64,000 nucleotides of DNA from a virus: the IMG/VR virus record IMGVR_UViG_3300042569_003487, positions 64,001-128,000 of that record. One strand, written 5' to 3'. The stretch's first letter is position 1. Each line of letters starts with the position of its first letter. Of the stretch, positions 63,901 through 64,000 are shown in pieces. Position numbers and translations under genes: made by a program. The notes beneath the pieces are model-generated. The model had not been told where the DNA came from. It made no database searches and saw nothing but the letters and a program-made list of their open reading frames with translations.

Positions 63901-64000
63901 TGAATATAGTAATTGATGGAAATGCTTTTCTTAACGTATCCGCTTCTATTGTCAAAAATATGTTACATAATGACAAAAGAATTGGTGAAAAGTACTTTGT
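63900..64000 (+). CDS. Start of T4 RNase H-like 5'-3' exonuclease (truncated by window)
   Basis: MNIVIDGNAFL..., the hhhDGN motif of FEN/PIN-like 5' nucleases, in the usual position near gp32. Only 33 codons visible. Confidence 0.5.
   Translation, partial: MNIVIDGNAFLNVSASIVKNMLHNDKRIGEKYF

Noticed and set aside
1-64000. Stop-codon reassignment as in some large phages
   Set aside because: Standard-code ORFs already tile the window densely, with intact multi-kb genes. The two TAG stops (2736, 25985) sit at sensible gene boundaries.
1-64000. tRNA or rRNA genes
   Set aside because: Intergenic gaps are short, and I saw no cloverleaf or T-loop (GTTCRA) pattern in them. A tRNAscan-SE run would confirm.

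Overview
AT-rich, gene-dense 64-kb segment of a large T4-like (probably jumbo) tailed-phage genome, read in the standard genetic code. Positions 1-49.7 kb are an almost entirely minus-strand virion module. It holds three LamG/ConA-lectin paralogues, a Cys-rich adhesin-like protein ending in a Hint (intein-like) domain, and two long tail fibres with peptidase-S74 chaperone ends. It also holds further fibre/baseplate proteins, a T4 gp14-like neck protein, an amidoligase-like protein that seems to lack its catalytic residues, a minimal nucleotidyltransferase and a TSP1/FN3/Ig/ASH multidomain adhesin. The module ends with a gp55-like late sigma factor and a RuvC-like nuclease. After a palindrome-rich divergent intergenic region, 49.9-64 kb is plus-strand: PolB-type 3'-5' exonuclease, GroEL, a 1413-aa unknown, a ribosomal-protein-S1-like protein, nrdB/nrdA, an HExxH protein, a gp32-like SSB and the start of a T4 RNase H-like gene. 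Two promoter classes can be read from the DNA: a T4-late-like (N)ATAAATA box and a bipartite AAMCT-N14-RGTAWAR motif. Several late boxes sit inside inverted repeats whose 3' arm covers the A-rich, Shine-Dalgarno-less translation start. A Bacteroidota host is inferred, not shown. All family calls come from motif recognition by eye; no searches were run.
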